From positions 288,001 to 352,000 of the forward strand of contig OZ252243.1 in assembly GCA_965249555.1 (NCBI GenBank): a stretch of 64,000 nt of DNA. Direction: 5' to 3'. Every line of letters starts with the position of its first letter. Position 1 is the stretch's first letter. Origin of the DNA: Nitrosopumilus sp. (GTDB lineage: Archaea > Thermoproteota > Nitrososphaeria > Nitrososphaerales > Nitrosopumilaceae). The notes under the pieces were generated by a model. It was not told the origin of the DNA. It saw nothing but the letters and a program-made list of their open reading frames with translations, and searched no databases. Shown piece by piece: positions 1 to 10,520 of the stretch. Position numbers and translations under genes: made by a program.

Positions 1-3000
1 TCAAATTTGTCATAAGGCTCAATTGGTTCTCTAGTAGTTTCATTATCTTTGAGCCACTCCAGAGTCTTTACAAAAGAATCAGCTAATTCAATAGTTGTCA
101 AAACAGGAATTCCTAGTTCTAAAGATTTTCGCCTAATTTGAAATTCATCATCAAGCATTCCAACATATTTTTCTAATGTAGTAGTACTTGGAATGTTTAT
201 GATGAAATCAATCTTTCGCTCATATAGAAGATCAGAAATATTTGGTTTTCGTTCAGGTTCTGAAATTTTATGAACTATTTCTATTTGACCTATTTTTTCT
301 TCAAAGAATTCTGCAGTATGTTCAGTTGCCAAAATTTTGAATCCAAGATGTTTGAGTTTTGCAATAGCTGCAACAAGTTTTTGTTTATTTTGTTCACCGC
401 CAACAGTTACAAGGGCAGTTCCTTTATCAGGCAGATGATAACCAACTGAAATCAAACCTTTTGATAGTGCATCATGGAAACTATTTCCAAAACAGGCAGC
501 CTCGCCAGTGGATTGCATCTCAACTCCCAATGTGATATCTGCACCTTGTAGTTGCATAAAGGAGAATTGCGGAACTTTGATTCCATAGTTGTGAATCTTT
601 TGCCACTTATTTTCAGGTATTTTAGGTAGAGGTTTATCCAAAATAGCCTTTGATGCAAGAGAAATCAGGTTCATTTTAACAAGTTTTGAGACAAAGGGCA
701 TGGAACGTGATGCTCTAATGTTTAGTTCAATTACATAGACATGATCATCATGAACCAAATATTGGAGGTTAAACGGACCTTTGACATTAAAGGTTAGGGC
801 AATCTTTTTTGTATATTCATTAATGGTCTCAATGATTTTGTTACTTAATCTCCATGGTGGGATACACATCATAGCATCGCCTGAATGAACCCCGGCACTA
901 TCAATGTGCTCAACAATTGCACCAATGATTACTTGTTTTCCATTACTGATTCCATCAACATCTACTTCAAGGGAGTTTAACATGAATTTTGAAATTACAA
1001 CCGGATGATCAGGTGAAATATCAGCTGCTGCCTTGACATATGTCTTTAGTTCTGTTTGAGACCAAACAACTTTCATGGCGGCACCAGAAAGAACGTAAGA
1101 CGGCCTTACAATTACTGGAAATTCAACTTCTTGTGCAAAGGTTTTAGCTTCACTAAGATTTGAGAATGCTTGCCAACGTGGTTGTTGTATGTGAAGTTTA
1201 TCAAGCTCTGCACTGAACTTTGAACGATTTTCTGCCCTATCAACATCATATGCACTAGTTCCCAAAATATTTACACCGTGTTTAGCAAGGCCAGGAGTTA
1301 AGTTATTTGCAGTCTGTCCTCCAACACAAGTAACTATTCCTTTAGGATTTTCAAATTCAGTGATATCTAAAATTCTTTCTTGAGTTAATTCTTCAAAGTA
1401 TAATCTTGTGCAAATATCATAATCAGTAGATACTGTTTCTGGATTACAGTTCACTACAGAGATATTTTTTTCACCATTTTCTTGTAAACCCCAAACCATA
1501 TTGACAGTGCCCCAATCAAATTCTACGCTACTTCCAATTCTATACGGTCCAGCTCCCAATACAACAATTCCTTTTTCATCAGATGGAATTTCAATGTCAT
1601 GAGAATGGCCACCATATGTGAGATACAGATAGTTTGTGACTGCAGGCCATTCTGCTGCAAGCGTGTCAATCTGCTTTACAGAGGGCAAAACACCCAATTT
1701 CTTGCGTAAATCACGTACTTCATCAGGTGTTTTGCCTTTAACACGAGCGATTTGCTTATCTGAAAAACCCATTTTTTTGGCTTCCCAAAGGAGGGGTTCT
1801 CCTAGTTCAGAATCTTTTAATTTTGATTCAATATTTACAATATTTTTTATCTTTTCAATAAACCAAGGATCAATTGTAGAGAGTTTGTAAATTCGCTCAA
1901 CTGAAATTCCCATCTTTAATGCAATTGCTACATTGTACAAAATATGATCATCATGATAAGTGAGTTTGTTCTCAATTTCTTCTTCGGTGTAGGCTTTCCC
2001 ATCAACACGATTAAGAACTAAACCATCGTTTCCAATGTCTAACATTCGAATTGATTTTTGAAGTGACTCCTCAAAAGTTCTACCTACTGCCATTACTTCT
2101 CCTACTGATTTCATTGCGGGTCCAAGTTCTCGATTTACAAGTTCAAACTTTTCAAAGTCCCACCGAGGATGTTTACATACAATATAATCAAGTGATGGTT
2201 CAAAACAAGCAGTGGTACTTTTTGTAATTCTATTTACTAGTTCGGATAAATTATAACCCAATCCAATTTTTGCAGACATATATGCTAGTGGATATCCTGT
2301 TGCTTTGCTTGCAAGAGCAGAAGAACGTGAAAGTCTTGGATTTATTTCAATTGCAGCATACCTGTCAGAGTTTGGTTCAAGTGCATATTGAATATTGCAT
2401 TCACCAACAATTCCCACATGTTTGGTTGCACGCAATGCTGCAGAACGTAACATGTGGTATTCATGATTATCAATTGTTTGTGATGGAGCAACTACGATAT
2501 TATCACCAGTGTGAGCTTTCATGGAAAGAACATTTTCCATGTTACAAACAATGATATTATTTCCACCATAATCCTGCATTACTTCATACTCGATTTGTTT
2601 CCAGTGTCCAATGTATTCTTCAATTAGGACTTGGCCAACAATACTTGCTCTGATACCTCGCTCAACAATCTCATGAAGTTCAATTTCATTATAGGCAACA
2701 CCGCCACCTCGTCCGCCCAGAGTATATGCAACACGAACTATTACAGGGTAGGATAATTCTTCAGCCGCTTTTTTAGCATCCTCAAAGTTAGTCACAGTTT
2801 TGCTTCTCAAAACAGGGACGCCTGATTCATTCATTGAATCCTTGAAGAGTTGCCTATCCTCAGTTTTTTGAATTCCTTGAACTGAGGTTCCAAGTACGCT
2901 AACACCATATTTTTGAAGGATGCCAGATTCATCTAGCTTAACCCCACAATTAAGAGCAGTTTGACCACCATATGCCAGCATAATTCCATCTGGTCTTTCT

Positions 3001-3239
3001 TTTTCGATAATTGATTCTACATACTCTGGGTTTACTGGAAGGAGATACACTTGGTCTGCAAATCTAGTATCTGTTTGGATTGTTGCAATATTTGGGTTGA
3101 TTAGAACACTTTTCAATCCATCCTCATGTATTGCTTTGAGGCATTGACTTCCAGAGTAATCAAATTCACCAGCTTCTCCAATTTTAATAGCTCCACTCCC
3201 CAATACAAGAATTTTCTTTAAGGATTCATTCTTTGGCAT
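1..3239 (-). CDS. carB: Carbamoyl-phosphate synthase large subunit (runs off the left edge)
   Basis: Manual translation from ATG at 3239: MPKNESLKKILVLGSGAIKIGEAGEFDYSGSQC; second half has LGAGPYRIGSSVEFDWG and VRPSYVLSGAAM; directly downstream of carA. Confidence 0.97.
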   Translation of the reverse strand, partial: MPKNESLKKILVLGSGAIKIGEAGEFDYSGSQCLKAIHEDGLKSVLINPNIATIQTDTRFADQVYLLPVNPEYVESIIEKERPDGIMLAYGGQTALNCGVKLDESGILQKYGVSVLGTSVQGIQKTEDRQLFKDSMNESGVPVLRSKTVTNFEDAKKAAEELSYPVIVRVAYTLGGRGGGVAYNEIELHEIVERGIRASIVGQVLIEEYIGHWKQIEYEVMQDYGGNNIIVCNMENVLSMKAHTGDNIVVAPSQTIDNHEYHMLRSAALRATKHVGIVGECNIQYALEPNSDRYAAIEINPRLSRSSALASKATGYPLAYMSAKIGLGYNLSELVNRITKSTTACFEPSLDYIVCKHPRWDFEKFELVNRELGPAMKSVGEVMAVGRTFEESLQKSIRMLDIGNDGLVLNRVDGKAYTEEEIENKLTYHDDHILYNVAIALKMGISVERIYKLSTIDPWFIEKIKNIVNIESKLKDSELGEPLLWEAKKMGFSDKQIARVKGKTPDEVRDLRKKLGVLPSVKQIDTLAAEWPAVTNYLYLTYGGHSHDIEIPSDEKGIVVLGAGPYRIGSSVEFDWGTVNMVWGLQENGEKNISVVNCNPETVSTDYDICTRLYFEELTQERILDITEFENPKGIVTCVGGQTANNLTPGLAKHGVNILGTSAYDVDRAENRSKFSAELDKLHIQQPRWQAFSNLSEAKTFAQEVEFPVIVRPSYVLSGAAMKVVWSQTELKTYVKAAADISPDHPVVISKFMLNSLEVDVDGISNGKQVIIGAIVEHIDSAGVHSGDAMMCIPPWRLSNKIIETINEYTKKIALTFNVKGPFNLQYLVHDDHVYVIELNIRASRSMPFVSKLVKMNLISLASKAILDKPLPKIPENKWQKIHNYGIKVPQFSFMQLQGADITLGVEMQSTGEAACFGNSFHDALSKGLISVGYHLPDKGTALVTVGGEQNKQKLVAAIAKLKHLGFKILATEHTAEFFEEKIGQIEIVHKISEPERKPNISDLLYERKIDFIINIPSTTTLEKYVGMLDDEFQIRRKSLELGIPVLTTIELADSFVKTLEWLKDNETTREPIEPYDKF

Positions 3240-3243
3240 TTGT

Positions 3244-4383
3244 TCATTTCTCCATAAGATGTTTTAGCTCTTCAAAGACGAACTTGCAATCAAAAGGGCC
3301 CGGTGCAGCTTCTGGATGAAACTGTACTGCAATGCAATTTTGTTTTTTGTGTTTTATTCCTTCAACTGTTTTGTCGTCTGCATTTGTAAACCATAAATTA
3401 AAGTCAGATTTTTCTAAAGACTCGGGAGTAATTCCGTATCCATGGTTCTGACTAGTGACATAGACTTGATTATTTTCCAAATTGACACAGGGTTTGTTTT
3501 GTCCTCTATGTCCATACTTTAGTTTGTAAGTTTCTGTATTTCCTGCAATTCCAATAATTTGAGCACCCAAACAAATTCCCAATGTAGGAATATTGTTTTC
3601 AATTAATTTTTTAGCAGTATCAATCGTATCAGGACATTTTTGTGGATCACCAGGACCACTACTAAGCACAACCCCTTTAGGATTGTAAGACATTATTTTC
3701 TCATAGGTAGTATCCCAAGGAACTAAAATTGCTTTGTAACCAAGTTCAAGAACATTTCTTAAAATTGCATTTTTTGCACCAGTATCAATTACAACGACGG
3801 ATTTATCACCATCACCATAAACTTGTTCTTGTTTTGTAGATACCACATTCATGAATTGCTCAGAGTCATAATGGACCGCTGATGCAAGTTCTTTTTTGAC
3901 TTGCTCAACATCAATTTCAGAATCAGATACCACAAGAGCTGCCATCATAACACCTCCTGTCCTGAGTTTCTTTGTTAATTCACGAGTATCAATTCCAGAT
4001 ATTCCAGGTACCTTTTCGTTGTACATCCACTCATCAAGAGTCATTGAGAGATTCCAATGACTGGCAGTTAGAGACAACTCATGTACCACCAAACCGCGAA
4101 TTTGTATTTTATCGGATTCAAAGAATTTTGGGATGCCATCATCATCTTTGATCGAAGGATCAGGGACCCCATAATTCCCAACTAGCGGATACGTTAGTGT
4201 AAGAATTTGACCATTATATGATGGATCAGTTAGAGCTTCTGGGTATCCAACCATCCCGGTGTTAAAGACAATTTCACCAAAAACAGTTGTAGAATAACCA
4301 AAGCCTTGACCATCAAGAACAGTACCATCATCAAAAACCAGCTTTCCAAACTTGTTTGCGTGTTTTGATTTTTTGGTAGTTAT
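3244..4383 (-). CDS. carA: Carbamoyl-phosphate synthase small subunit
   Basis: GEIVFNTGMVGYPEALTDPSY, LSSGPGDP, LGICLG, QNHG and VQFHPE motifs; the conserved N-terminus extends upstream of the ORF-track ATG at 4254; true start uncertain. Confidence 0.95.
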   Translation of the reverse strand: MTTKKSKHANKFGKLVFDDGTVLDGQGFGYSTTVFGEIVFNTGMVGYPEALTDPSYNGQILTLTYPLVGNYGVPDPSIKDDDGIPKFFESDKIQIRGLVVHELSLTASHWNLSMTLDEWMYNEKVPGISGIDTRELTKKLRTGGVMMAALVVSDSEIDVEQVKKELASAVHYDSEQFMNVVSTKQEQVYGDGDKSVVVIDTGAKNAILRNVLELGYKAILVPWDTTYEKIMSYNPKGVVLSSGPGDPQKCPDTIDTAKKLIENNIPTLGICLGAQIIGIAGNTETYKLKYGHRGQNKPCVNLENNQVYVTSQNHGYGITPESLEKSDFNLWFTNADDKTVEGIKHKKQNCIAVQFHPEAAPGPFDCKFVFEELKHLMEK

Positions 4384-4474
4384 TGTTACCCTCGTAGAGT
4401 CCGAATGAATATTAATTTAAGTTTTTGTTCGGAAAAGAAATGAAAAAGTATTGATCGCAATAAAATTTGTCTGA

Positions 4475-5668
4475 TCAGAGTGCTTTGAACTCTTCGCTCC
4501 ATTTGTGATAAGCACGAATCATTTCAGTAGAAACACTTGGTTTTCTTCTTGCCATAATGTCCTTGAAATCAGAAGGGGTAAGTTCTCTTGGTTGGACAGG
4601 TGTTTCACCCTCTATTGGTTCATGATAATCTGGAGAGTTGAATATTTCATGCACTGTTTTAATTTGTGCTGCTTGACAGATATCTTTGATATCACTTGCA
4701 CTATATCCATCAAACAGTTTTGCCAAGTCAGCGGGGTTTACTTTGAAATCTTTTCTTAATGGAGCAGTATATTCCTCAAACAGGTGTTGGCGGGCTTCTT
4801 GTGATGGTAGTGAAACATAAATTCTCTTTTGAAATCGTCGTAAGAAGGGCCAATCAAGACTCCATGGTTTGTTTGTTGCTCCAATTACATAGAGCATCAA
4901 GTCTTTTCCCTTACCATTAACACCGTCCATCTCAGTTAGAAATTGATTTTTGGTTCTTACTTCTCCACCTACTTCACTAGTTCTTGAACCCAATAAAGAA
5001 TCAACTTCATCTACAAACAAAATAACTGGTTTGCCTTCTTTTTCAGCATATTGTCTTGCCATAGCAAACAATTTTGAAACATTCTTTTCTGCTTCACCTA
5101 ACCATTTGCTCATCATAGACGATGCATCAACATTGATAAAGTAACCATCCATCTCATTTGCAGTAGCTGCTGCAAGCATTGTTTTTCCAGTACCAGGTGG
5201 TCCGTATAGTAACATTCCTTTTGGCCATCCAAGAGGAAACAAGTCAGGTCTTTTAGCAGGATATATGATTGATTCACGTAATGCACTTTTGGCATCTTCC
5301 AACCCAATTACTTGGGCCCATGTAACATCTGGCTTTTCTTTCATTACAAGTTCTTCAAAGTCATTTTCTGCTTCCTGTCTTTGTACAGATGCCTTTTGAT
5401 CTTTAGATGATGCTTTTGGATCAACTGCAGGCTCTACACCATGAGCCTGTTGTAATGCATTAATTCGATTATGATAAGAGTTACATCTTTCTTTGTAAAT
5501 TTGGTTTAGTTTGCTGTTGGGATACAGTTGTAATAGTTTTACAAGTGCGTCAATTGCATGCTGATAGTGTGAAATTGCCATACCACGAGCACCTTGAGAA
5601 TCATACTTGATTGCCTCTGAGGCATATTTACTAGCAGTATTTTCTAATTCTTGCGGGGCTAAACTCAT
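4475..5668 (-). CDS. cdvC: Vps4/CdvC AAA+ ATPase (ESCRT-type cell division)
   Basis: N-terminal MIT-like helices, Walker A GPPGTGKT, Walker B FVDEVD, SKWLGEAEK, ATNKPW and RRFQKRIY. Confidence 0.93.
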   Translation of the reverse strand: MSLAPQELENTASKYASEAIKYDSQGARGMAISHYQHAIDALVKLLQLYPNSKLNQIYKERCNSYHNRINALQQAHGVEPAVDPKASSKDQKASVQRQEAENDFEELVMKEKPDVTWAQVIGLEDAKSALRESIIYPAKRPDLFPLGWPKGMLLYGPPGTGKTMLAAATANEMDGYFINVDASSMMSKWLGEAEKNVSKLFAMARQYAEKEGKPVILFVDEVDSLLGSRTSEVGGEVRTKNQFLTEMDGVNGKGKDLMLYVIGATNKPWSLDWPFLRRFQKRIYVSLPSQEARQHLFEEYTAPLRKDFKVNPADLAKLFDGYSASDIKDICQAAQIKTVHEIFNSPDYHEPIEGETPVQPRELTPSDFKDIMARRKPSVSTEMIRAYHKWSEEFKAL

Positions 5669-5673
5669 CGTAA

Positions 5674-6171
5674 TTACCTACGCATATGTCCTTGAGAATT
5701 TTGTTGGTATTCAGCGGTGTTAACCTCTGTGGCAAAATTGGTTAAATTAATTGCACTTGTCTCAGCCTCAGAATAATCAGGTCCATCATGATATCGCTTT
5801 TTAAAATCAGATTTTTCAGAGATATGCATATGCATGTCTTTTACTTTGTTTATAGAGTCTTCAGCGGAAATTATCAATTCAGAGATTTCATCATCTAAAT
5901 TATCTAGTGAATGAGCAGTATCAGAGATAATTGATACAAAGTGCTTTAGAATTGAGCGCATCTCTTTTTTGTCATCATACTTGCATAGCATAAAATCAGC
6001 AATTCCAACAATTTTATCTAAATCTTGCAGTTCCTCTAGTGTGAGTTTATCTATTTTATCAGAGGATTTAGTTTCTGATAGTTTTTTGTCGATTTTTGAA
6101 GAAAGTGAACGTATACGTTCAATATCTTTTGAAAAGTTTCGTTTAGAATTTAGTGCTATCAAGTGTTGCAT
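5674..6171 (-). CDS. Hypothetical helical protein in the cdv cluster
   Basis: 165-aa ORF packed between the CdvB-like gene and cdvC. Confidence 0.7.
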   Translation of the reverse strand: MQHLIALNSKRNFSKDIERIRSLSSKIDKKLSETKSSDKIDKLTLEELQDLDKIVGIADFMLCKYDDKKEMRSILKHFVSIISDTAHSLDNLDDEISELIISAEDSINKVKDMHMHISEKSDFKKRYHDGPDYSEAETSAINLTNFATEVNTAEYQQNSQGHMRR

Positions 6172-6767
6172 ACTTTGAAAAAATCAAGATTAGGGTACTG
6201 CTTACTTAATTTAGAGTCTACCATCAATTTTACTTCATTAAGCAAAGTTGAGGATTCTTCATTTGAGCGACTAAAGTCAAATCTTGCCTTTGTGAGGGTG
6301 GCAGAATCCAACACAATACTACCCAAGTGTACAGACAATTCAGATAGTTTTTGACTGCAATGAGGAATGATATCAAATAATTGTGCACTAATAGTTCTAA
6401 TCATGGGGATAGTTGCAGGGAGAACCTCTGGAATACTGTTTACATTTGATATTCTTCCAGTTCTTTTTTTTATTTGGGAGAGAACTTCCAAAGAAAAGGT
6501 CATAATTTGTTCTAGTTTAATTGCCTTAAGATGAATATCATTAGTTTCATCAAAATCAATGACTAAAGATTTGTTTGATTTTCTCAAGTCATGTCTTTTT
6601 TTTGCAAGAATCTCAACAATCTCATCTAATAGAGTTAGAGAATATTCCAATCTAGGAACAAGAGCAACTGAATGAGAAGCGATTGAAGATTCTAACGTAC
6701 AAACATTGCATTTAACCAACATACCATTTAGTGGATCTAGATTTTGTATTTGAGGGCATTGTAACAA
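6159..6767 (-). CDS. Divergent ESCRT-III/CdvB-like protein
   Basis: Helical pattern IPMIRTIS..IP..SELS..FDF..NEE..L.E...K...YP.L resembles the CdvB C-terminal half; two genes from cdvC. Confidence 0.65.
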   Translation of the reverse strand: MLQCPQIQNLDPLNGMLVKCNVCTLESSIASHSVALVPRLEYSLTLLDEIVEILAKKRHDLRKSNKSLVIDFDETNDIHLKAIKLEQIMTFSLEVLSQIKKRTGRISNVNSIPEVLPATIPMIRTISAQLFDIIPHCSQKLSELSVHLGSIVLDSATLTKARFDFSRSNEESSTLLNEVKLMVDSKLSKQYPNLDFFKVCNT

Positions 6768-6881
6768 TTAATCCAGTAACCACAGTTACACCTGTCTGCA
6801 GATACAATTTTGATTTTTTTTGAGCAGTTGTTTAAAGGAATTTAGCTCTCAATTTTACCTAATAACAAATCAAGTAAAAAC

Positions 6882-8042
6882 ATGGTAAATGAGCATGCAT
6901 TAACAGTCAGTTTAGAAGAATTTGGATTAAGCAAATACGAGGCACAGGCATATGTATCCCTAATTGCCAAGGGAACAATTTCTGCAGGTGAATTGGCATA
7001 TTATTCGGAGATTCCACGAACCAAAATTTATCCAACTTTATTAAAACTAGAAAAAAAGAAGCTGACAATAATTTCAAAGAGTAAGCCAATAATGTGTACA
7101 GCAATAGCACCTGAAGATGCATTTGATGGAATCATTCATGAACAAATCAACAAGGTAAATGCAATGAACACGTTAATTTCAAATTTGAAGAAGGCAAGTG
7201 AAGAAAGTAGAAAGTCAAGAGGATCTGAAGAAAAAAGATATTTTCAACTTGGTGCAAACAATGTTTTAGCTCAACTCCAAATTATGATTGAAGGTTCCAA
7301 ATCATCAATTAAGATAATGGTAGACCCATGGGGTTTTGGATTACTAGCTGAATGCAAAGAACAGCTACTATCAGTTTTACGTCGAAATCTAGATGTCAAA
7401 GTACTTGTTTTGCCAACACAGATTTGCTCTGAATCATATAGAGCAATTCCTGAAGGAGTAGAAATTAGAGCATCAGAGATTACCCAAAATTGCTTCATCT
7501 TTGATGAAACTGAATTATTAATGGTAAACAACACCAATGGTGAAGGGGCAGTTTTTTCATCAACTGAAATTCTAGGAGTTAATCAAGAAAGAGTGTTTTC
7601 TAATATTTGGAAAAATGCAACAAGAACTAAAGCTCTTGCAGACATGACAAAAACAGAAGCACAGGAGATTTACAAAATCATCAAGACTGTTAATGAAACT
7701 GGTTTGATGCATGTCCTAAATTCTTTAATGGTATCAAAAAAGCAGGAATCAGACATACTAAAACTGTTGGAGAAAAATGGAATTTCTTTCAAATCAAAAT
7801 CACTTGATGAAGTCATAGAGATAATGGATGCCATAATGCAGATTACATGCTCAGGACACGTAAACTTTGAAGCAAGCACAAAAAACATTACAATCGAATC
7901 AAAACTAAACAGTGGACATTCTCTACCTTGGGTCTCTATTTTGGACGGATGTCTTCAAAGACAAGGCTACAAAACCAGAACAGTTTATCAAAATAATTCT
8001 AACAAAGGCGAAAAAGTCCACATTAAGATAACTAGAAAATAA
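6882..8042 (+). CDS. TrmB-family transcriptional regulator
   Basis: FGLSKYEAQAYVSL..ISAGELA..SEIPRTKIYPTLLKLEKK TrmB HTH signature. Confidence 0.9.
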   Translation: MVNEHALTVSLEEFGLSKYEAQAYVSLIAKGTISAGELAYYSEIPRTKIYPTLLKLEKKKLTIISKSKPIMCTAIAPEDAFDGIIHEQINKVNAMNTLISNLKKASEESRKSRGSEEKRYFQLGANNVLAQLQIMIEGSKSSIKIMVDPWGFGLLAECKEQLLSVLRRNLDVKVLVLPTQICSESYRAIPEGVEIRASEITQNCFIFDETELLMVNNTNGEGAVFSSTEILGVNQERVFSNIWKNATRTKALADMTKTEAQEIYKIIKTVNETGLMHVLNSLMVSKKQESDILKLLEKNGISFKSKSLDEVIEIMDAIMQITCSGHVNFEASTKNITIESKLNSGHSLPWVSILDGCLQRQGYKTRTVYQNNSNKGEKVHIKITRK

Positions 8043-8052
8043 AGAGTCAAAA

Positions 8053-8309
8053 GTCAGAAATTACATTCTCAGGGAAAAATATCAATTGAAGCACTCTTTG
8101 AGATAATCAAGGATACGTTTAGCATTAGGACAGTTCTGGTGAAAGGATTTGAGAACGTACAATCATTCGTGCTGATTTGCGTGTTGGTGTATCAGTTGGC
8201 AGTGTATTGTAACTGTAATTAAAAGTGAGAATCCAAGGACTGTGAAAAGAATGCTTTGCTGTTAGAGAAAAGTTTTGGTTTTTTTGTAAATCATTATGCC
8301 CAAGTCTCA
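8053..8309 (+). mobile_element. Truncated IS copy (transposase 3' end plus terminal inverted repeat)
   Basis: Close reverse complement of 44334-44589, ending in ATTATGCCCAAGTCTCA. Confidence 0.9.
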
Positions 8310-8494
8310 AATAACTATAATGTATTAGTGTTTTTCCAAGATATCTTAAGATCAACAATATATGTGGAGATCCATGTTTTATCAAATATTTTGATTTTTA
8401 AAATAAAATAGGCTCACAAAGGGTAATTCGAATTGATCAACAGATACTGATCTTAAACTACCTAACTCCTAAATATAAGATGATCATAATTACT

Positions 8495-8552
8495 GTACGG
8501 TCTTGTACTTCGTATGGGGTACTGTGAGGCAACTCACAGAGACCGCCTTTTT
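8495..8552 (+). ncRNA. Candidate DUF3800-associated structured small RNA
   Basis: CGGTCT (8498-8503) pairs with AGACCG (8540-8545); hairpin CTGTGAG-GCAA-CTCACAG; short GTAC hairpin; TATA-like AAATATAA at 8471-8478 and a T-run at 8548-8552. Confidence 0.6.
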
Positions 8553-8554
8553 AA

Positions 8555-9298
8555 TTAAAATGAACAGTTCCCTCTAAGGTATGTGTTAGGATGATTAAGG
8601 TTGAAATATTTATGATGGATAGATAGCCACCGATCTTGTTTCGCACCTTTACTTTTTGCTCTAATCAGTACAGAATATGCAAAAAAATCACTGAATTGTA
8701 AGATAGGTTCTTTTGCAACTTTTGCAAAAATAATTCTATCTGCAACATTATCAAATTCCACTTTTTTTGGCAGATTATGTGTCAGATGTAGTTTTCCATA
8801 GTTTGTCTGCATCGCTTTGTTTAGTTCAGATGTAACATATTCATGAATAATCTGTCCAGTATCATTATTTTTACGTAAAAAATATTCAAATCTCTCAGTT
8901 ATGAAATTTAAGGCTATTATTCTCTGATGGATTTCTTTAACATATCTATTATAGATATAATTCAAATCAATATGACATGAAATTAAAGTACACTCACAAT
9001 CATTAATCCCATCAAACATTCTATCGGCAATATTGATTTTCTGCTTACCTGTCAACTTGTCATAGGGAAATTTTACACCTTGTCTCAGTTTGTGATAATG
9101 TAGTTTAAAATTATCTTGTAACTCTAAATGCCCAAAATTATCTTGTATGATTTCACTGACGATTTTTTCTAACTGTTGCTTCTTTGTGTTTTCAACAATG
9201 ATACCCCCTAAAACAAAGTATTTGTTATCTGGTAAATGATGTGTATTTTTACGATAATTTTGGACATAACCACTTTCATCAATGAATAACTCAAACAT
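8555..9298 (-). CDS. DUF3800 domain protein (RNase H-like fold)
   Basis: N-terminal LFIDESG, YFVLGGII and C-terminal ILQFSDFFAY motifs. Confidence 0.85.
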   Translation of the reverse strand: MFELFIDESGYVQNYRKNTHHLPDNKYFVLGGIIVENTKKQQLEKIVSEIIQDNFGHLELQDNFKLHYHKLRQGVKFPYDKLTGKQKINIADRMFDGINDCECTLISCHIDLNYIYNRYVKEIHQRIIALNFITERFEYFLRKNNDTGQIIHEYVTSELNKAMQTNYGKLHLTHNLPKKVEFDNVADRIIFAKVAKEPILQFSDFFAYSVLIRAKSKGAKQDRWLSIHHKYFNLNHPNTYLRGNCSF

Positions 9299-9934
9299 AG
9301 ATAGTGTATAGAAAATGACTTTGACATATATTCATGATTCCAATACATTATATCGCATTATGATGGAAAATCATATAATACTTTTACATGTAGTGGAATG
9401 TGTTTTATTACTGAATAATTTCAAAACCAACTTTTACATTATAGTTGTGGGAGACATTACTAGAAGATGGAAACTTGTGGTGGGTGCGAAGAGTAATTTG
9501 AGAATAATGCAAAGTTATCGGTCCATCAAATGCTAAGAAATGACGGTACAACATCCAACTGCCCAAAACATCCTGATACTATACAAAATACACAGGTAAC
9601 TGAGAGGTATGAGATAAATGAAAATATATGATATTTGGTTAATTATTTATAAAAATTGTATCTATTTTTGCATAATTTAGTCCATTTAGACAAAATTTAA
9701 AGTTATTAACAATATGGAAGTGTCAAGATTGAGTTCATAATATTCTAATACAACAGGTGCTGCATTTACGAAAATATGTATTTTGAATTTGTATGCCGTT
9801 TATCTTGGTTCATCCACTACGGTTACTTTTTAATCCTTTTGTAGGATAATTTAATTCACATGTGTTTTCACATGATCGTATAGGCATCATATTGTGTTGA
9901 TTGTAGCGTTATAAAAATTAGATTATTATTTAAT

Positions 9935-10520
9935 TCAAGCATATGTAAACAATTTATTATACAATTCTTCGATTGCATATGGAGTTTTACTGTTTAATAT
10001 TACATCTGCTTTTGATTTTACAGATTTATTAGAATTTGCTACAGCATAACTAATATCACAAAATTCAAACATAGGAATATCTAAATCACTATCTCCCATG
10101 GCTATTGTTTCGTGATCCTTGCCTAAACCCAATCATCTTGACTTGTTACATATTCAATAGCAGTTCCTTTATTGATTCCTTTTTTGCTAATATGATATGT
10201 ATTTTTACTTGCATGAACTTCTACAGATAATTTTGAGTTTTTAATATATTTTAATAATTTTGATTTTGTAATAGATTTTTTTTATGAGTACATTTTCAGT
10301 TTTTCTACTTTGTTGATTTATATCATTTTGATAATTTATTCATGATCTGATAGATATTTTATTAATTTATCAGGCTCTGTTCTATCTCCAAATTTGTCAT
10401 TTATTAAATTAGAGTTTATTATAATTCCTCCATTTTCTGCTATTCCATAAGGAGATGTCTTGTATTGTTTGATTAATTTTTTAACATCTTGTGATGATCT
10501 GCCAGTACAAAAATACAAAG
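9935..10520 (-). pseudogene. Cof/HAD-IIB phosphatase remnant (5'-truncated, frameshifted)
   Basis: FCTGRS..IAENGG, then NKGTAI, then IAMGDSDLDIPMF..AVANS..ADVI across broken frames; no DxDGT motif. Confidence 0.8.

Noticed and set aside
452-2554. Short ORFs inside the carB region
   Set aside because: Alternative-frame or antisense shadows; carB is missing from the ORF track only because it leaves the window
8125-8385. Similar ORFs at 8125-8385 and 44321-44521 that look like a paralogue pair
   Set aside because: Both are antisense readings of the transposase 3' end and IS terminus
9315-9900. 73-aa ORF and a Cys-containing minus-strand fragment near 9740-9890
   Set aside because: No supportable family motif; probably AT-rich decayed sequence
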